64,000 bases of DNA from Bacillota bacterium (GTDB lineage: Bacteria > Bacillota > Clostridia > Christensenellales > Aristaeellaceae), in contig JAEYOV010000062.1 in NCBI GenBank assembly GCA_023411395.1, positions 42,033 through 106,032 on the forward strand, given 5' to 3'. Under the pieces are notes generated by a model, which was given only the letters and a program-made list of their open reading frames with translations, made no database searches and was not told where the DNA came from. The translations under genes were made by a program, and so were the position numbers. Shown piece after piece: positions 61,798 to 64,000 of the stretch (position 1 is the stretch's first letter; each line of letters starts with the position of its first letter).

Positions 61798-62558
61798 TCC
61801 ATGATCATGGGCGCGACACCCAGCACTTCGTCCACCGGAAGGCTGAAGGAAAAGCCGTGGCCCGGTGTGGAAAGGCCCGCATCGCTGCATATCTCCTGCA
61901 TGACGGCGTGCTTTTGCTCCCGGCGCAAAAGGATGAGGACCACTTCCTTTTCCGGCTGGATGGTAATACCGAAGAATTTTTCCGCCTCCTCATGTCCCGC
62001 GCCGCGGGCATGAAGCACCGTGCCGCCCCGGGCCCCGGCCTTTGCGGCGGCAGCCATCACCTGATCGGAAAAGCCGCGGTTCACAATGGTGATCACGAGA
62101 CTGTGTTCAAGGTTGTCCATATCGTTCACCTCGTATTTGGATACCGGCTCTTTACCGGGTCCGCCCTGCTCAATGCCCGTTAGATAGCTTAACGTTTTTG
62201 CTCCGCCCACGCTGGAGAGCGGAATGGTGAAGGCGATGCCGCGGCCCGGCACATCCAGGCGCATGGCCTGCATGAGCTTTCGAAGCACATGATGCCCGCC
62301 CTCCGCATGAATGGTGCTGATGACCACGTCCTTTTCCGTTTCTCCAAGCCCCAGATAATTCAAGAGCGCCTTGCGGGCCGTTCCCTTGCCCAGCAGGATG
62401 GTATGGAACAGCACGCCTTCTTTTTTCATCAGGCCGGCCACGCTTTGTCCCTTGCCCCGGTCCACAATGGTCGTGAGCAGCTTCAAACGCACGGACGGGC
62501 CCTGCTTCACGGCACAGGCGCCACCCTCTGTGACGCATGCGCCCTCCCTGTTTTCCAT
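61776..62558 (-). CDS. Fused double P-II-like protein
   Basis: ATG at 62558 lies 7 nt after AGGAGG. There are two copies of a P-II-like beta-alpha-beta pattern: LLTTIVDRGKGQSVAGLMKKEGVLFHTILLGKGTA and LVITIVNRGFSDQVMAAAAKAGARGGTVLHARGAG. The first 123 codons of the track ORF overlap the upstream gene and are rejected. Confidence 0.6.
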   Translation of the reverse strand: MENREGACVTEGGACAVKQGPSVRLKLLTTIVDRGKGQSVAGLMKKEGVLFHTILLGKGTARKALLNYLGLGETEKDVVISTIHAEGGHHVLRKLMQAMRLDVPGRGIAFTIPLSSVGGAKTLSYLTGIEQGGPGKEPVSKYEVNDMDNLEHSLVITIVNRGFSDQVMAAAAKAGARGGTVLHARGAGHEEAEKFFGITIQPEKEVVLILLRREQKHAVMQEICSDAGLSTPGHGFSFSLPVDEVLGVAPMIMEEMNGEK

Positions 62559-62593
62559 GGCGTTCCCTCCTTGCAAAATATGCCAGAGCGCTG

Positions 62594-64000
62594 TTACATC
62601 TCGATGATATCCTCGGCTTCCTGCTCTTCCTCCCTGGAGGCTTCCTGCAGCCGCCTGTCCCTGCGGGATTTGAGCGAATAAACAAGGCCCAACACCTGGA
62701 TGGTGAGCAGCGGCGTCATGGCCACCATGGCCACCGTGCCGAAGGCATTCCTCAATATATTGCCGCCCATGGCAGACGTGACGCCCATGGCAAAGGGCAG
62801 CAGAAACGTGGCTGTCATGGGGCCGGAAGCCACGCCGCCGGAGTCGAAGGCGATGGCCGTGAAGATGCGGGGCACAAAGAAGGAAAGGACCAGCGCCAGC
62901 AAATATCCGGGCACCAGAAAAAACCAAAGGCTGATGCCCGTCATTGCCCGCACCATCGAAAGCCCGATGGACATCGCCATACCAGCGGAAAGGCTGCTCA
63001 TCATGGCTTTTTTGGATATGGCACCGCCGGTCAATTCCTCCACCTGCTCGTTAAGCACGTGAACGGCGGGTTCCGCCGATACGATGAAGTAGCCGATCAC
63101 CATGCCCAGGGGAACGAGAATCCAACGGTAAGGCAGCGACGCGATCTGCCTGCCCAGGAGGTTGCCCGCAGGCATAAAGCCCACATTCACACCAGTGAGG
63201 AATACCACCAGCCCCACATAGGTGTACAATACGCCCACCATCATACGGGCAAGCTGACTTTTGGGCAGTTTCAGGTACCGTACCTGAAAGAAAAGGAACA
63301 CCGCCACAATGGGGCTTAAGGCAATGGCCACGTCCCTGAAATAATGGGGCAGCGCATGGCCGAAAAGCGACAGCATGTCCCAGGTAGTATCAGGATTATT
63401 CAAAACCGACTCCGTTACAGCCCCCGGCTGCGCGGGATAGAACAAGCCCATCAGCGTTACCGCCAGAATGGGACCGACAGAACACAGGGCCACCAGGCCG
63501 AAGGAATCGTCCCGGCTGTTTTTCCCCGACCCAACGCCCGCCACGCCAATGCCAAGCGCCAGGATGAAGGGTACCGTGATGGGGCCGGTGGTCACGCCGC
63601 CCGAATCGAAGGCCACCGCCAGATAATCCGGGTTTGCCAAGGCCGCAAGGGCCAAAGCCGCCACATAAAAGCCGATGAGCAGCACGCGTAGGGAAATCTG
63701 GAACAGAATGCGCAGCATGGCAGCCACCAGAAACAAACCTACACCCAGCGCCACCGCGCCGATGATCACCGCATCCGGCACTGCAGGCACCTGCCGGGCC
63801 AGAACGCTTAAATCCGGCTCCGCCACCGTGATGAGCACGCCCATCACAAAGGAAACCAGAATCATGAAATACAGCCTGCGCCGTTTTGTCAGGAAGGCAC
63901 CCATATACGTACCCATGGGCATCATGGCCATATCGGCTCCCAGGGTAAAAAGCCCGGTACCCAGGATCAGCATCAGGGCTCCCATTACAAACAATCCCAG
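62594..64000 (-). CDS. DUF1538-family integral membrane protein (two internal DUF1538 repeats); N-terminus may lie beyond the window
   Basis: Polytopic protein with two copies of the motif AFDSGGV(T/A)(T/S)GP (VAFDSGGVTTGPITVPFILALG and IAFDSGGVASGPMTATFLLPFAMG). The frame is still open at nt 64000. Confidence 0.7.
   Translation of the reverse strand: MGLFVMGALMLILGTGLFTLGADMAMMPMGTYMGAFLTKRRRLYFMILVSFVMGVLITVAEPDLSVLARQVPAVPDAVIIGAVALGVGLFLVAAMLRILFQISLRVLLIGFYVAALALAALANPDYLAVAFDSGGVTTGPITVPFILALGIGVAGVGSGKNSRDDSFGLVALCSVGPILAVTLMGLFYPAQPGAVTESVLNNPDTTWDMLSLFGHALPHYFRDVAIALSPIVAVFLFFQVRYLKLPKSQLARMMVGVLYTYVGLVVFLTGVNVGFMPAGNLLGRQIASLPYRWILVPLGMVIGYFIVSAEPAVHVLNEQVEELTGGAISKKAMMSSLSAGMAMSIGLSMVRAMTGISLWFFLVPGYLLALVLSFFVPRIFTAIAFDSGGVASGPMTATFLLPFAMGVTSAMGGNILRNAFGTVAMVAMTPLLTIQVLGLVYSLKSRRDRRLQEASREEEQEAEDIIEM

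Overview
The window is a GC-rich, densely packed chromosomal segment carrying mostly housekeeping genes. Gene content suggests a Clostridia-type Firmicute: T-box and L-box leaders, murB-rapZ-whiA-crh, relA-dtd-MBL-hemZ, mutS2, and the DapL lysine route. This taxonomic call is inference only.

I call about 57 CDS:
- DNA repair, stringent response and secretion: mutS2, recJ, relA, dtd, secDF.
- Translation and nucleotide metabolism: pheST, purA.
- Lysine biosynthesis: asd-dapA-dapB behind a lysine riboswitch, plus dapF and an LL-DAP aminotransferase.
- Other metabolism and cell wall: hisHF, glpK, nagA, murB.
- An OmpR/HK two-component pair fused in one operon with chorismate mutase and shikimate kinase.
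- A CPC-type heavy-metal P-type ATPase.
- Several secreted wall-associated proteins: PG-binding, CHAP, VanW, a phosphodiester glycosidase and a PQQ-like propeller.

I found no rRNA, tRNA, CRISPR array, integrase, transposase or recognisable defence system. The many long antisense ORFs in the track are shadow ORFs of a GC-rich genome.

The unusual signals are non-coding or structural:
1. A 176-bp array of 13 tandem 13-14-nt units straddles the stop codon of a fused double P-II-like gene. That gene lies downstream of a DUF1538 membrane protein and just upstream of the metal-ATPase promoter.
2. A family of gene-terminal bipartite hairpin modules abuts or overlaps stop codons (4 copies). A related ~110-nt dispersed element occurs in 3 copies. 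One copy is nested in a module loop, and one is inserted in frame into the 3' end of hisH.
3. A cyclophilin has its own promoter, RBS and signal peptide, but these are cut off from the enzyme by an in-frame TGA exactly where a lipobox cysteine would sit.
4. An ABC ATPase has four catalytic motifs substituted.
5. An XRE regulator lacks a canonical start codon.

None of this could be checked against databases from here.
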